A DNA stretch of 64,000 bases, from the NCBI GenBank assembly GCA_030248215.1, contig JASANG010000611.1:558001-622000 (forward strand). Reading direction: 5' to 3'. Positions 11,805 to 26,609 of the stretch are shown here, piece after piece. Origin of the DNA: Enoplolaimus lenunculus (taxonomy: Eukaryota). The translations under genes were made by a program, and so were the position numbers. Position 1 is the stretch's first letter, and every line of letters begins with the position of its first letter. Below the pieces are notes generated by a model. That model was not told where the DNA came from. It saw nothing but the letters and a program-made list of their open reading frames with translations, and did no database searches.

Positions 11805-13585
11805 GAATACGGCTATGATTTCAAACGTACAGAAGTATATTATCTTTTTTGGACAGTTTTTGTAACATAAAACTTGGTTTCACGCTGGCAATATTGTAAT
11901 TGTGTTAATTTTTTGTTGAAAATGTTAAACAAAAACGTAAAGTGTGGTGGAATGATATTCACATGTCAGATGACTTGTTGTGTTAAGAATATTTTATTAA
12001 GGTTACAAAGCAGCTGATTTTCTGAACCACTTAAAATATCGGTAACAATTTTTTACTTCAAAAATGAACAAAATAAAAATGCTAACCATGCGCTTGTTTT
12101 CTGAACAGGATGAATGTCTGTATTTCATAACACAAAGGGCATATCAAAAGGCTTCTGAAAGGTCAAGCACCACTGCAATCTCGCCTTTGGGATTTTTGTA
12201 CAGGTTTTTTGATAGTTTTTCACTTTGAAAACACAAGAATCCGTGGACTTCGACCGTTTTACTGCACGTAATCCTCTGCTCCAAAACATCGGTTACGCCT
12301 ATGTGTAAACGTGCCACTATGTTGCTCAGCTCACTAAAACTATTGATTGTAGGGAAAACAATATGCATGATTTAGAATTGATTAAATTCATTTCAGGAAA
12401 CTAAATACCACCACTGGTAGTGTCTGTCAGATTTACCGACGAACATAATTTAATCACAGTTTATATTTGATAATTTCAGTTTATATATGGATAATTTCAT
12501 ATGAATTCTTGAAACTAAACGAGTCCCTTGACGCTTGAAAATTGCGCACCAGCCAATACAAAATAAACGCGCGCGCGCCGAAGCTGTTTTGTTTAATACA
12601 TCGAACAAAATTTATTCAGTATCGTTTCACAGCATGGATTTTGGCAGCTATCGCGCGATAATACTAATCAAATTAATGTGTTTCGGCTTTATAATGATTC
12701 CGAACATATTTTTTGTACTGGCCGCTTCTGATAAAAACCTGGCAGACGTGTTTTTGATATTGAATCTACAAACACGGAATTGTCGCTTTTAGTCTGGTTG
12801 GTCCGCTGCGGCTTAGTATATATACATTTATGCTTAAGAATTGTGTCAAATAAGCAACGCCATTTTACACGCTTTCCACTTTTAAACCGAATTGTTAAAG
12901 CGCTTTTTAGTTACTAATCAGAGATTCTCAACACATCGCTAGTGTAAGAAATTGCTGCGACGTAACGGTTTTGTATAATTTGTCGGGCCAATGTTACCTT
13001 TAGGGGCGTACACGAGTTCTAACGGTAAATTAGTATTTACTAGTCAACGTGGTTGCAAATTTGCAATGCTGACTTTATAAACTAAATATAGCCGTACACT
13101 TGCCGGAACAAATACGTTTAAACACAGGCATCTGTGTTCTTAAAAATATGATCGACTGGCACCATTGAATTCGTGTTCTTAAAGTTATAAAACAGCAAAT
13201 TTTCCTAAATTCAAAGTTTGCAAACTTTCGATAACTGTCAGTTTTCAAGGTTAACGCTTTCCTAAATTAATATTTTCTTTCATCTAACGTCAACTTCAAG
13301 GCAGGATTCGAAGCACTCGGCTATCGGCTGGGAGGCGTCGGTTACCACGGCGCAATCTTTTCTTGGAGAAATTTTGCTCTGCTCATAAAAATTGCCGGAT
13401 ATTTCGCATTGATCTCATGCATTTTGTGAATTTCAGTATTAATTGTTTGAAAACAATGTTTGAATCGATATGATTGCATTATTAATATTGGTCTGTCTGT
13501 TTTTTAAAATGTATTAAATACGATTTAGATTATGTGATGGCACCCGTGCCCTTGAAAACAGGACGATTAAATGCGGCTATCACCA

Positions 13586-13806
13586 CACTGCAAAAAATGG
13601 TGGTGAGTCAAAATGACTTTCTCCAAAATAGGCTTTTCCGGACTACACAAACTGAGTCAAATTCGTATCCGCTAGAGTAATTCAACTCACAGAGCGATTC
13701 AATGAGTCAAATTTGACTATGGCGGAGTCGAATTCCAACTCTGTTTGTGTAGTCGGGATAAGCCTATTTCGGAGAGAGTCAATTTGATTCATCATTTTTC
13801 GCAGTG
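13586..13806. mobile_element. Foldback MITE with ~70-bp inverted arms
   Basis: CACTGCAAAAAATG..GAGTCAAAATGACTTTCTCCAAAATAGGCTTTTCCGGACTACACAAAC pairs with GTTTGTGTAGTCGGGATAAGCCTATTTCGGAGAGAGTCAATTTGATTCA..TTTTTCGCAGTG. Confidence 0.8.
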
Positions 13807-15062
13807 CAGAACCCTATTAAGGCGGCTGGTGCTTACAACAAATGCAACAAAACCTGTCTTAAAAAATTAAGTCATTTAAGCCGTAATACTTTAGGGGAGG
13901 AACGCGAGAAACGCTGTCACATGTGCACTTTTTCCCTGGATGGGAAATATTTTCATAAACCACAGAACAATTGTTTAGCAATTGTTTTGACTCCACAAGC
14001 AACCGTTTTATTCCTTTATTATTATTCACCATGTTGTAGAGTTGCCAGCAAGCTTACATCGTACTATTAATACCACATAAAAGCCTAATATATCATTGCA
14101 ATATTTTCATTGAAGAATGTGTACATGTGATAAAACTGTGTATAAAGTTACTTTAATGCAAGTTTGCTATTTTAGAAAGCTTACGTTCAAGTTGTGTTTG
14201 ACAAAATTATACATTTGGGAATAGAATTGGTGTAGCGATTTTAGGTTTTTGAAACTGATCTGTTTTAGTTTGAAAGTCGAAAATATTTCGCATTTTTTGT
14301 ACGTTTAAATCCATTATTTCTGACTTTATCAGCAAGCTTATATATTATTAATATATATACTGCAACTTTGAAACGGCCGACTACAAAAGCCCATGAGACA
14401 ATTCTAAGCCTAATCCTAACAATAGGTTATGCGAAGAGCTTAAATTTTGAACGCTATGGATTGAAACGTGAACAAGGGTATAAGAACACGATAACTTTTG
14501 CAACACTTAGAAATAAAAAACTTTTTATATCAAAGAAGTTTTAACGACCATTCAGGTCTTTATACGCAATAAAGACGAACTCGAAGTAGCTGCATTACGT
14601 ATCGTAGGCGTTTCCGCTGTATTAAGCATTTGATCACCTAAGTTTTAACGAAATCGTGAATCGAAAAAACTCTGCCTCAAAATCGTTAGTTTGCCAACAA
14701 AATGTACGCTGAATCTTGAAAGTTTTATACAAACAAGTTGTAACCATGTGAATGCTATATACCCAATATTTATCCCTTGAAGGTTCAGAGCTAATGGACG
14801 GAAGTGTGCTTGTTGTTTTGTACAATCTTCGTTTAGCTACATTTTGCAAAACGAAAATAACAGCTTTATCAAGAATATTTACCTTTGTTCCATTTTACAT
14901 AATTAACATCAAAAGGTTTTTAACATTGCACAAAGTAACACGTAAGGTATACTTTCTGTTACGTGTTATCCATTCTATTAAGCTGTAAATGAAAGCTCGA
15001 TAGGAGAGTAACGGTTTTGTATTAAGCAAAGATCGCATTCTGAAATTGCAATAGAACCTATT

Positions 15063-15197
15063 CAGACCCATAGCCAGTTCACCTTGCTTGGGCATTCAAG
15101 GGTTTTCAACGAGTTATTAGCAATGTTGAAAACTTTCTAGGGGGCCAAAATTGTCTAGGGTAACGGAGCCCTCCTGCCACCCTTGGCTACGGGCAAG
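15063..15197 (+). mobile_element. hAT-like MITE (CAGGCCCGTAGCCAG family)
   Basis: CAGACCCATAGCC / GGCTACGGGCAAG termini; 8-bp TSD AACCTATT/CACCTATT (7/8). Relatives at ~18548-18710, 19497-19673, ~25617-25700, 54289-54462 and 57269-57428. Confidence 0.75.
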
Positions 15198-15517
15198 CAC
15201 CTATTACTAGTTTAGCAATAGGTTTCGAAACAGACTACAAAGTTATACGACTGCGTTTCATAATATTTGCCCTTTTGTGGCTAACTTTTCCTGAAACTTT
15301 GCGTTTTCAATCAAGTTTTCGTTTTAAATATACATGCACCATAAGTACCGTAAGTAACGTTGTTGCAACGACTACGTGATGGTGGCTGGCATGTTTGCTC
15401 GAGCGCAACGAGTCCGAGGCTTGATAATTGGAGTTGGTCTTAACTTTCGGCAAAACTTCATAAACGGGTCGTGCCGACCAGACCGTTTCCACAAGTCAAT
15501 TCGTAGTTGGTATTGGT

Positions 15518-15709
15518 AGTTCATGTAAAAGGTAAGCGGAACATTTTTTGTGGTACTGTAAATAACGTAGCTTAAACTTTATACACAAATTTGTTTGCCG
15601 TAGGCTAAGGTGTAAACTTATTGTTACGTTTAGGCTAAGGTTCAGGTTAAGGCCTAGACTTTAGGAATATGCGCTTACTACTGTTACGGTCCAGCTGTAT
15701 ACATTGGTC
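15518..15709 (+). mobile_element. Telomeric-repeat MITE family T1, degenerate copy
   Basis: CATGTAAAAGG..GCGGAACATTTTT left end, degenerate TTAGGC units, and CTGTTACGGTCC...TATACATTGGTC right end. Confidence 0.65.
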
Positions 15710-17321
15710 TTGTGTGGTTTGCATTTAAATATAACTTCTATCAAAGATGGCTGAATATCACTAGTCACTCACATGCGTCATTTTAGCTCATGTTAGCTAC
15801 TAACCATTTGGCATGTCTACAGAGTGTACACAAATGTGTTTCATGAACCTACAGTGAAGTGGACAAAGGGCCCGCGTACCCTCAATTCAAAATTATATTT
15901 GTCACGTAAAAGACTTGCGTTTAATGATTCCAATTTGTAAACTCTGTTATCTAAGCCATTATTATTAGTCGACGTTTTCAGTGCAGACCCTCTTCAGTTT
16001 AATTTTTTGGCCACGTCTCTAAAATGTCGCAAAATGACACACTTTTCTTTGTCGCGGCGTGAGCAAAACAAAGTTCAACTCACAGTTAACCACGGCTGAC
16101 TTTTGCATACAAAAAGATAGTTGGTTCATGCACGTTATTAAAATACTATTTTGTCTCAAGTTGCACCACACGGTACCAGCTGAGAACACTTGTTCACTGT
16201 CATGGGCATATACAAGAGGAGAGTTAAAGGGCATACGTTCCATTCCTAAGGAGATTGACAAAAACGTCGTTTCAAAACAAAATTGTGGACCCTATAGAGC
16301 AAAATTTTTTACATAAGGTACCCTGACCCTCCCAAGTTGAAATTCCGGCTACGGCCGTATTCACAGTGCGACTAGATCAATGCAAAAACTGTATCAGGGT
16401 TGAAACTGTTGAGGAAGCGGAGCCGCTAACGAACATATTCGTTCCTGGCTAAAACAATTTATCGACAGCGCAAAAACAATTTTATACTAAACTTTTTTGG
16501 GTCGTAGTGTACATCTGTAAACCCCATCTTCTAGCAATCACTAGTTGCTGGATTGAACTGTATGAATCGACAATTGTATGCCGGGTAAACTTTTTCTGTT
16601 CGAAGATCTCGAGGCTATATATGATTTAAAGTTTGGCGAAACAAAACAGCGGAAACAATTTCGAGCGTTGGCCAAGTTGAAAAACAACAGCACAGTTTGG
16701 CTCGCATTAGAAAAGCTACAAAACTTTGCGAAATACAGCTCGGAAACGGCAAAAATTCTGGAGCTATGATTAAGTATAATTTCTCGAGAAATTGGAGAAG
16801 GTTTTTGTTCGTAGCAGTAATCAAACCATAATGTTACTTAATTTGAACCACAGCTAATATGAAATTAGCATGAAGCTTATTGTATATTGGATGCTGAATA
16901 CTTTTTTGTGAGTTTTGAATTGAGTTTAGCTGCGCTCCGGAGCATAAACCTGATTCGGGCTTCGCTGGGTCCACTAGCCTCCACCGACCCGACTCTTTCG
17001 CGTGCATAAGCACATTTGGCCTGAAATCCCGACAGTGAGAAGATAAAAAAATTTAGTAAAACATACAGAAAAAGTTTTAAATTCAACACGCTTTGCACGT
17101 CATTAATTTATAAAAAACCGCAGGAAACTTACGAGTTTGATAGAAAAATATTGTATCGATAGTTATGATGGATAACACCACTAAACCATATTGTGGTAAA
17201 ACAATTTTTTCAAACTTTGCACAACTATGCTGGCAAGACTGAACTGCCACATGAGCCTGAATAATCTAGTCGATACAGGAACATGATCAGAATTGCATTT
17301 TCGGTAGAGTAACCTCATGTA

Positions 17322-17567
17322 CACTCAAAATAATATTTCTGATATTTAAGAAAAAATTTCTTGCATTTAAGAAATATAATTAGCAAGGTGCACTTGAAAA
17401 GTATTTCTGTTATAACAGAAAAGATTTCAAAAAAAGTTTTGAAATAAAGTCTGAAAATTAACGTTTTCAGTTATTTTTAGAAAAATTGTCTTAAATATCA
17501 GAATAACTTTTCAGATTTGTCGCAGAAAATACTTTTCTTAATAAATTCAGAAATACTTTTTTGTGTG
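17322..17567. mobile_element. AT-rich foldback MITE, TA-flanked (CAC...GTG ends)
   Basis: TA-CACTCAAAATAATATTTCTGA...TCAGAAATACTTTTTTGTGTG-TA. Confidence 0.65.
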
Positions 17568-19496
17568 TAAAAGTATTGGCGAACCAGTTAGTCGAATCAG
17601 GAATTATTTGCGAACTCTGCGATCCAGCAGCCTTCTAGAGCCACCTAAACTGCTTTAGTCTAAACAGAATTTTCGGGCAACGAAGGAGTATATATTTCCT
17701 TTCCTTCCCTTTGTATTCGATGCTGTGTTAACTTTTTCTGAATGCAGAATTAATGCGTTGTGGAAAAATTTGTCAGTTTTTTATGTTTTTCTTTTCAATA
17801 TAATTCATTTATTAAGCCAATCAGCCGTACAATTAACTGTTTTATATTTGATGGGGATGATTTCAACGAATTTATATATTTAAGTATTTAGCTTGACACT
17901 TTTGTACACTTGAATATGGTAAAGTGTAAAATTTGAACAACACATGTCATATCATATGTTCAGAATGCGAAGATTTATGAAACACACAGAAAATTCAAAT
18001 GAGGATACATTCCTTCTCTTTGCAATTGTAAACCTTTGGTTAAAAGATGTGCGAAAAGTTTTGTCTCGATTACACACGGTTGTAACAAACCAAAATCTAC
18101 ACACTTTTGGATGTATACCAGAACAGCAGTTTTCATTAATAATTCAAGTATAAAGCCAATAATGGTCGTGGCACACTTTAATTACAACTGAGACACAAAA
18201 TTATATTTTTCTATGGTCAAATTTTATAGTTTGATGGAAAGTGAGCGAAATTGTTTTTGACAATGCTTTTTGCGAACATTTTTTATATTTTACCGATATA
18301 TTTCAACGTTTAAACGAAACTTTTCAACTATTGTATAGTGCTGTTAGAAACGTTTCTAAATCTTGCTTGATATGTTTTAATACCTCCGAACGTTGAAAAC
18401 AGACAAATTTGTATACACACGTAATAATTCGCAAGATTTATATAAGCAACCGTCGGGAAACATATATATTTTCAACGGAAAATCAATAACGTCCTGCGTT
18501 CTAAAAACTTACCCTGTCCAAAAGGGTGAACTTTGTTCTATCATGAACAGGCCCATAGCCAGCGCATGTTGCTAGAGAAGGCTAAAGATTATTTCGGAGC
18601 GGCATACAAGGGTTTTCGAGGACTTTAGGCAGGGTTTATAAATTTGTTGGCAGCCAAAATTGTTCACAGGGGTGCGCAGCCCCTTGGTTTCCATCTGGCT
18701 AAGTGCCCTTCCATAAGTACTACATATTGCCTAGCAATTACTTTTTAGATATCGCGATATATTTGGTAGAATTTTTACAAAGCCAGAAAATGATTACAAA
18801 GTTATTAACCAACGTTCGAGTAGAACAGTTTAAAAACCTCGCATTTCAGAGTCGCCAAAAAATTGTCTATTTTTATTTTTGAACCCAAAGAAAGCACAGT
18901 CAGAAAAACACTGTCACCGCAATAGAAACATAGCCAGCGACAGGGTAGGGATACGGAAACAATTTTTGCTAAAGGTTGTCGGATTGTTAATTGAAAGCAA
19001 ACACGAAGCTGAAATTCAACTAACCAGCTTCAAAACTATATTTTTGTGCGCTACGCTGCCTCCTGGACAAGCGTTGTAACCGTGGGAACTAGGCGTTTTT
19101 GATGTTTCAAATATGCAACAACATGACAAACCATTTATGGAGCGCATGCTATACACAGGCTTGCCTCGGGGTTATTCTGAGAGTGACTGCTGAACGGAAA
19201 GACTTTGATAGACGTGAAACCTGACAGGAGCTTCGTTTGTGCTATTTTAATAGTAGAGGTACTATCTGCAGCAAGAGCGTATATAAGGGGGGTGTAACGA
19301 GATATATCCCGTCACAGAATTTCTGCAGACATGACAAAACCACACTTAAGAGGGTTTAGTATAACCTTCTGGATGTTAGTGGTCGAAAAAATTGTTTTAC
19401 ACGAAGTTATACCCTCTCGAACGAAAAATCTTGGCTACAGCCCTAATCTAAAGACGCACACGTTTGATGAAGATGTCTATTCGACTGATACACATG

Positions 19497-19673
19497 CGGG
19501 CCCGTGTTCAGATCGGGGCCAAGAGGGGCTAAGCCCTGGCCCCGGAAGGATTTTGCAATTTTGCCCGCCCTAGAAACTTTTTAACCTTTACTTGTAGGTC
19601 TTTGAAAACCCTTGTATGCCCCTTCTGAAAAATGTTTGATGTAACCTAGCAAGGTGAGCTGGCTACAGGCTTG
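19497..19673 (-). mobile_element. hAT-like MITE (CAGGCCCGTAGCCAG family)
   Basis: Reverse-oriented copy; 8-bp TSD TACACATG/TACACATA. Confidence 0.75.
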
Positions 19674-20322
19674 TACACATAGTTGATGCAACAAATTTGT
19701 TTTTTTTGTTATCACATGATCGTGTTGTATATAAACATGTGTGTAAATCAAAGCACCAAAAAACCGATTTGCATTGCGTCTACTTGCCGTCTTTTATTGA
19801 AGATATGCCGACGACCTTAATGTTGTCAGCAATGCTTGTTTTTAGTGCTACAATTGGAGATGTTTTATTTGCAATGTTACTGTTTCTCATGTTGCCAGAA
19901 TGCAATTTTGAAACTAAACCTTACACGTGGTGAAGCTGTTTTCACATTCTGTTTCAGCACTTACGGTGAATTAGAGTGATCTTCGAGCATCGGGTCTGTT
20001 AAATTGGTTGAAATTTCAAGCTAAAAAGTTTACAAATTTCACTTCAAATAGTAGCAGCGTGGCTGTAGAAAGCGAGGGCTCAGTCCACTGTCGGAAATTT
20101 GTAGTTTGTCGTTGAAAAGGTCGGACCATGTCCAGAGGAGGTTCCAAAAAATTTTTGACGGGCGGCGGGCCGGCAATGTTATGAAACGTAAAAATTGTAA
20201 GGTAGGAACCTTATTATTTTATCACCAAAAAATTTTCTGAGGGGGAAATTGTAAGGTCAGTACCTTTCGGTTTTATCACAAAAAATCTTACTGGGGCGTA
20301 CGCCCCACCTCTGAATCCGCAG

Positions 20323-20503
20323 GGCCCATGTTAAAATCAAAGGTGGAACGTTTTTATGAGGGAGTGAAATAGAGTAAGCATAAAGTTTATACTAATTTTT
20401 TTACTTAGATTTAGGCATATTCTTATGTATAAGATCATTCTGCTTAGGCTTAGGCTTGGGAATATGTTAATACTGCTGTAACTGCCTATTCTGTACGTTG
20501 GCC
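20323..20503 (+). mobile_element. Telomeric-repeat MITE family T1
   Basis: GGCCCATGTTAAAATC...GAACGTTTTT...GCTTAGGCTTAGGCTT...CTGTACGTTGGCC. Sits right at the end of a hAT-like MITE (20133-20321). Confidence 0.75.
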
Positions 20504-20849
20504 GAAAGTTACAGCATTATTTGTAAGTGAAAGTAACATTTCCACATGCCGCTATTCAAATTGTAGCAACCCCCTTTCGTATAGCGTCTTGACAGGTGGG
20601 CGGGCCACTGGACTTGGTTTAGTTTGTTATCGGAAAAGAAACAACAGATAATGTTCAGGAGTGAAACTAATTTCTTTTCCAAGGTGTTTGAGCACATGAC
20701 ATGGCATATATACATTATTATGGTAACAGTTTTTAATTTTTCGACCCACAGTATAGTTTAGTTAAAATTGAAATGCTGTTTACGTATACAGGTTTTTTTC
20801 TTTAAGCTATATCTTAACTTCGGCATACTTACTATTTGAAATATTTATC

Positions 20850-21070
20850 AAGGAGCATTTCAGTTCGGTGTCACTAAATTAATTTAGCGTACGAGCGAGT
20901 TTTGATTTCCGCAACCCTGTTCTTCGGAGCACAAATTGCACACTGGCTGTTTCGTGTATGAAATGACCATTTCTTTAAACGTAATGAACTTGAAATTTAA
21001 ATTGAGTTATACAATGACAACCTAACACAGATTTTGCTCAGAGCATATCCAAGTATACGATTAACAAGGT
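20850..21070 (+). repeat. ~220-bp dispersed duplication (second copy at ~31360-31580)
   Basis: GAGCGAGT.TTGATTTCCGCAAC...CTTCGGAGCACAAATTG.ACACTGGCTGTTTCGTGTAT.AAA.GACCATTTCTTTAAAC...ACAATGACAACCTAACA.AGATTTTG is shared. Confidence 0.9.
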
Positions 21071-21369
21071 TTCGGAAACATTTATCATAGATCAGTGTTG
21101 TACAAAGTGTGTCAATTGAAGCTTATTGTTCACACTGGAGTACACAGGTGTCAAATGAAAACCCTAAGATTAAGATTTAATGTTTTCGTGACTAACAACT
21201 AAACAGGACCGTAGCCAGCATTTAATTTCGGGTGTGTATAATCTCATTTGAAACATTTTTTATTTCTAGAACCCTAGTAAATATTCTGAATCCTGTTGAA
21301 AATCTTGTTTTCTTTACATCGACGTGTTTCTGGACCCGTTTTATCCCTCCGTTTATATATTCAGCCTGC

Positions 21370-21799
21370 CAGGATGCAACCGGAATTCCGGTTGCGGTAT
21401 GGAAATCCTGTATTTCTCACTATCCGGTTCCGGTAAAAAATCCGGCATGTTTTCACCGGATTTCCCGGAATTTTCGGTATTGAAAATTTTTCTTATTCGA
21501 AAATTTAAGAAAAACTGGCATATTATTCTAACTTATGTCACTAAAATTGTCTGAGCGTGTATTGCCAAAATTGTCAATTTGTGCCATACTCCACAATTTA
21601 TCATATGTTTCCACGTGCTGCATTTGTTTCAGGATTTTGGCATTCTAAATGGTGTGATTACAGCATTAAAAGCGATGAAATAGCGTTAAAAATAAATTTT
21701 CGGTAACAAGAGTTTTTATTTTCCGATTCCGGCTCCGGTTCCGGTTCCGGTATTTTTACCTTTCCGGTTCCGGTATTTTATAATTCCTATTACACCCTG
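21370..21799 (+). mobile_element. Non-autonomous DNA element with CCGGTT/CCGGAA subterminal repeats (hAT-like ends)
   Basis: CAGGATGCAACCGG...TTACACCCTG ends; clusters of TTCCGG at both ends. No clear TSD. Confidence 0.6.
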
Positions 21800-22222
21800 G
21801 CCCTGACAGCGAAAGCATTATTGAACGACTACAACATCAAGCTGTTAATAACTTTTAAGAACGGTGAGCAGTTTATCCAAAAATGTGCAAGCACCCGTAC
21901 GCTGTTAAAGCGCGATATATACTAGTGAAGGAATTCTCAGCAGTGAAGCGAGCATTGTAGTAGTGGAATACAATTTTAATAATTTGTAAGATAGGGACGT
22001 TACCATTTTTTCATAAACTTTGCTATTCTATGTATATATAGTTAAGCAAAATTTTCTGACTTTAAAATGAGAGGGGCTGCAGTGTTTAAATTTGAAGTGA
22101 CCTCAACCTCCAACTTTCAGGTTTGAAGAAAATGGGTTTCAAGTTCCTATGACTGCGTCAATTTTTTGCAGCCACACAAAAAGCCAACACCAAATGCAAT
22201 GAGGGTAGATGTTAAAACAAAA

Positions 22223-22318
22223 GACCAATGTACAGAATAGGGTTGTAACAGTAGTATAAGCATATTTTAAACCTAAACCTAAGCCTAAGCGTAAGAATGA
22301 GCTTATACCTAAGGCATA
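22223..22318 (-). mobile_element. Telomeric-repeat MITE family T1, partial
   Basis: GACCAATGTACAGAATAGGG...AAGCATATT...CCTAAGCCTAAGCGTAAGAATGAGCTTATACCTAAG. Confidence 0.7.
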
Positions 22319-23264
22319 AACAATGTATAGAGATAGTCAGCTGTTGATATTTCGGCTATTTTTAATAGCGAATTAATAAGATTTTTAAAATACTCGGTTT
22401 GTAACTTCGGAAATTTGATTTTTTATGATACAATACAGGCACTCTGGAACTAGGTGGAGGGTCGGGGTGTTAATGATGTCATCCGATATCCGTAGAACAA
22501 TATAGAGGTGCCGCCAACACCACTTAATCTCACAAACCCACAGCTTCGTGTTAGAATTTAAAAATGCAAAATTCCCTGTCTTTTAGTTTACCTCACTCAA
22601 GCAGTTTTTATAAAGGTTTATAAAGCAAAAACTTGGATAAATTCCATACACGCTTTGTTCAAAAGTTTCATTTGCGCACCGAAGCCAAGATTCTAGCGGC
22701 CTCCATGAATATATACGCTTATTTTGTTTCATCCCTAGAAATCCACATCATGCGGTTGAGTTTTCATTTCGTGAACCAAAATAAAAGGTTTGTTTCTTGC
22801 ATTCCAAATCAAAGAGTTTTTCGGGCAAAGCTGTTTTTCAGGTACAAAACAGAGTGAAACAAAATAATTTCAACTTGTTTTTGTCGAATTAATTTTCAAG
22901 CATGAAAACAAACCCTCCGCCAGGTATCGGTCCGTAATTACCTAGAAACAAATATATAAACATGGGAATTCTGAACGTTTTTGCTGTACGAGGTGATAGC
23001 GTGATTTGAGAATAATTTTGATTTATTGACACTAAGGTGTTTTCGAAGTAGCGAGAAAACAAAGTGAAAAGAATCAAATTTTTTCCTTGTTTTTCCAGAG
23101 TTTGATTTCAAACGTGAAAACAAACGCAAAATCTGCTCGTATTTCTGCCCGAACATTACTTGTTATTCACCAGAGGGTTCAGTTGACCAATGTTTATCTG
23201 TGTGTCTTTACGTTGTAGTTTGAAAATAATTTTGATTTACTGACGTTGTGCTCAGAATCACGCC

Positions 23265-23309
23265 ATTATTGTTATTATTATTATTATTATTATATTATTA
23301 TTATTATTA
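23265..23309. repeat. (ATT)n microsatellite
   Basis: Interrupted run of ATT/TTA trinucleotides. Confidence 0.9.
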
Positions 23310-26300
23310 ATGTTTAGTTGCTACTAACCTGTGAAAAGCGCGTGTGGCTTTATATTCGCGTTTTATGTAACAGATATTTTTTGCAATAATCGTGGCGATG
23401 AATTTTAGTGCAAAAGTCCAAGTTACAATGTAACTACTTTAGAGACCGAAAAACAGCCAAATGGATCTAAAATTGGTATTGGATTAAACGCAGATTACAA
23501 TGCTATGTCGAAATCAGTGATGGGCAAACATTTTTTTAACCGATCCGCGATAGACCCGTCGAAGGTTGATTTTTTATACTCGCGGGTTTACCCGTGCAAA
23601 GTTGTTTTACATACGACCCACATTGTACCCACCCGAATTTTTACAGCAAATAAAACTTTGTTAAATTTTCCAGTGTATTGGAATTAATAATACGTAATCG
23701 CTTGACCTCGGTGTACGTCCTAATAAACATTATTAGTAAGTAAGTCCGTTGCCTATTGCCACTAGGTTTTGCCGCAGGTGGAACTGGAGTTCGTTGTGAA
23801 ACAAAATTACGCAGTTAAAATAAAAATTGTAAATTTATAAAAAATTTTCCCAGTGTTGCCAAAAGTTAAGCGTTTTTAAGATATCTACACAGTTCCAACT
23901 CCAAAAATTGTTAGAAATTTACAAATAAATCTACTGCACATAACAACTTTTATAAAATACGAAAATATCACTTCAAAATTGCCAAAATTCTAGCAATATT
24001 TTTTTACAGAGTACACAAGTTCATTTGGCGCCTGAGTCAACTGCAGACATCCGGTTGTACCCCTGATACTTGAAAAACAAGCAGTTGTCCCATCTGAAAA
24101 GTAAAACACGACATCACGCTAGTATGGCTAAACATTATGTGCTTGTTATTTGTTACCAAAGTTTCAGGTAAGTTAAGAATCACAAATGTTTTATCACGAT
24201 TTGCAATTATTTAGCATTTACTCACGGGTACCCGCTGGTTAGTGTGCAGCTCTAGTCGAAATGAGTTATCAAACCGCGTTGTTTCAAGCTGTTTGCTTAC
24301 ACCGTGCGTCAGCACCAGAAAATTCAGTTTAGCGCCTTTGCAAAATTATTACCATCGTATTGCATATAATTTTACCCGGCAACTTCCCCTTTAGACAAAC
24401 CCAATTCGGAATTTGGCTAAAATACAGGACGGCTTAGACTACGACGCCAGATATATAGTAAAGTCCTCCTCTAATGGTCTATCAACCTCTATCATATAGC
24501 CGATGGGAAAACATCTGTATGCTAGCCTACAATTCTGCAAAGTGGTTGGTTTGAAAAACTATTACAGTTTAATTATTCTGCTTGTCTAGACAAACGTATA
24601 CTATTATACAAAGAGGGGAAATGAAAACTGTTTATTTGAAAGTGATCACCGATTTCATCCGAGATTTAACAAGATATTGAGATTTCGATTTGTAGCAGCG
24701 AAACTCACGTTGAAATCGCGTTTAGCGTAGACGAAACATTAGTGTTCGTATTCTCAAAGGTGTGTAGCAACTATCACCAGTTGATCATAGGTCTTATAAT
24801 GGTCGAGTCAGTGACTGTGAAGCTTCGAAATTGAGCACATGTTTTAGACATTATTTGTTGTGCGTTTGTAGCAAATTTTAAGATCCGCAACTGTCGGAGT
24901 TCATGAGTTTGAAAATCTATCACTCACTGCAAGTAGTAAACGAACATGAAGGCGTGCTGGTATTCGCCGGATTTCTAATATTTTTAAAAAAAATGGCGGA
25001 TGCATTGAAATTTGTATGATTTTCGATGAATTTCGTAATTTTTATTTCATTTCAAACAATTCCAGCATATCTGTAATGCGAAATTGCGAGATATTAACCT
25101 GATTTATAATTAGTAATTTTGAGCGTAAAAATAACCAAATAATTTCTGTTATTTCTACAACGGAAACCGAAACTGAAACGAACACCGATTTTTACAAGGA
25201 AACAGAGACGGATATTCGGTTACACCGTGCTCACCGGTGATATGTGCTAAACGCATTTATGACTGTGGGTGTTGAAGAACGAACGATAAGCTTGCGTGCA
25301 TAAGACTTAACTTTTAGTATTTGTGGGCACATTATTTGTAATAATTGTAAACAGAAACCAGAAAAAGTATAATATAAGCGACAAAAATGTATTATATGCT
25401 TTATTTTATACAGAAATGCATTTAAAAATAAATTGAAGAAGTGTGATGTACTTAAGCCGTTTCATAGCAGTACAATCAAAACAGTAGTGTACCATGTTTA
25501 GCGAGTAATTAGTAAATATGGTTGCAATATTGTCAGGGGCACCGTTTGCTTGCAATACTTATGTGCCGCTCAAATGATAAGGGTGTGCTGGGTATACAGG
25601 TGTAACAAAATCCAAGCAAGCCCATTAGCCAGCTCATCTCGCTAGGGTTCTAAATATTTTTCAAGAGGAGCATACAGGAGTTTTCGATAACTTAAAAGCA
25701 GTGAAATGGAATCCAGGGAGAATAAGAAGGAAGAGAAATATGAGCGATCGGATCACAAGCGCACGGCCCAAAGAAAAAACGAGTCTCTACTTTGAAAACA
25801 TGATTGTTTCAATGCAAATATTTTGCATGTTTGCAAGCAGAGGTGCACACATCAAGAGGAAAAGTTAAAGAAAAAGGGTGCGCGCATAGGCTGACCAAGA
25901 AATGGTAGATAACTGTCGTAGGGGATAACATAAATGCATTTGAATGCATAATTACGTAGCCATACGTATGTATATTATTTCGTATTTCGCTTATGTGTCC
26001 ATTTTTTTGTCGTTTTGTAAATCTTCGCTTTTGGGCCCTTAACCATACCGCGCTCGAGAAGCGCATTGAGATTATTTTAGATGGACTGCTAACGGCTTGG
26101 CTACAGCCTTTTTCTTGCATTACCACAGCCCGGTAAACTCTCTGCATCCAATTATTCGGACTGGAATGAAACTTAGGTGTTTAGGCCGCCAATTGTTTTA
26201 CAACACCACTGAAAGATAGTTGACAGCCCCGTTTATAGACCCAATGAAAATGTTGGAATTACCGACATGTTAAAATATGGCTGCTCTTTCTAGCCAGTGC

Positions 26301-26609
26301 CTTTTTTCAATTTGATTCAATCTGTAGGTTGATGAGATTTTGCAAGGACGGATCTAGGAGGGGTCCCGGATCAATCCTCCCACCAGACCTCAACCAAATT
26401 AACATTTTTGTCTCAATTAAGTACAAAAATAGCGTCTGACTTTTTGCGTGCAAGTTTATATTAGGGTTTCCAATATTTTTGGCTTTTGATTACGTAAACA
26501 GATTTTACGTACGTCTAGTGTTTTGCTCATATCGCTCGCTCAGCATAATTGTGCGTAGGACAAGAACGGGCCCACCAGTCATGGCGTTGGGTGACAAATT
26601 CAACTTTAA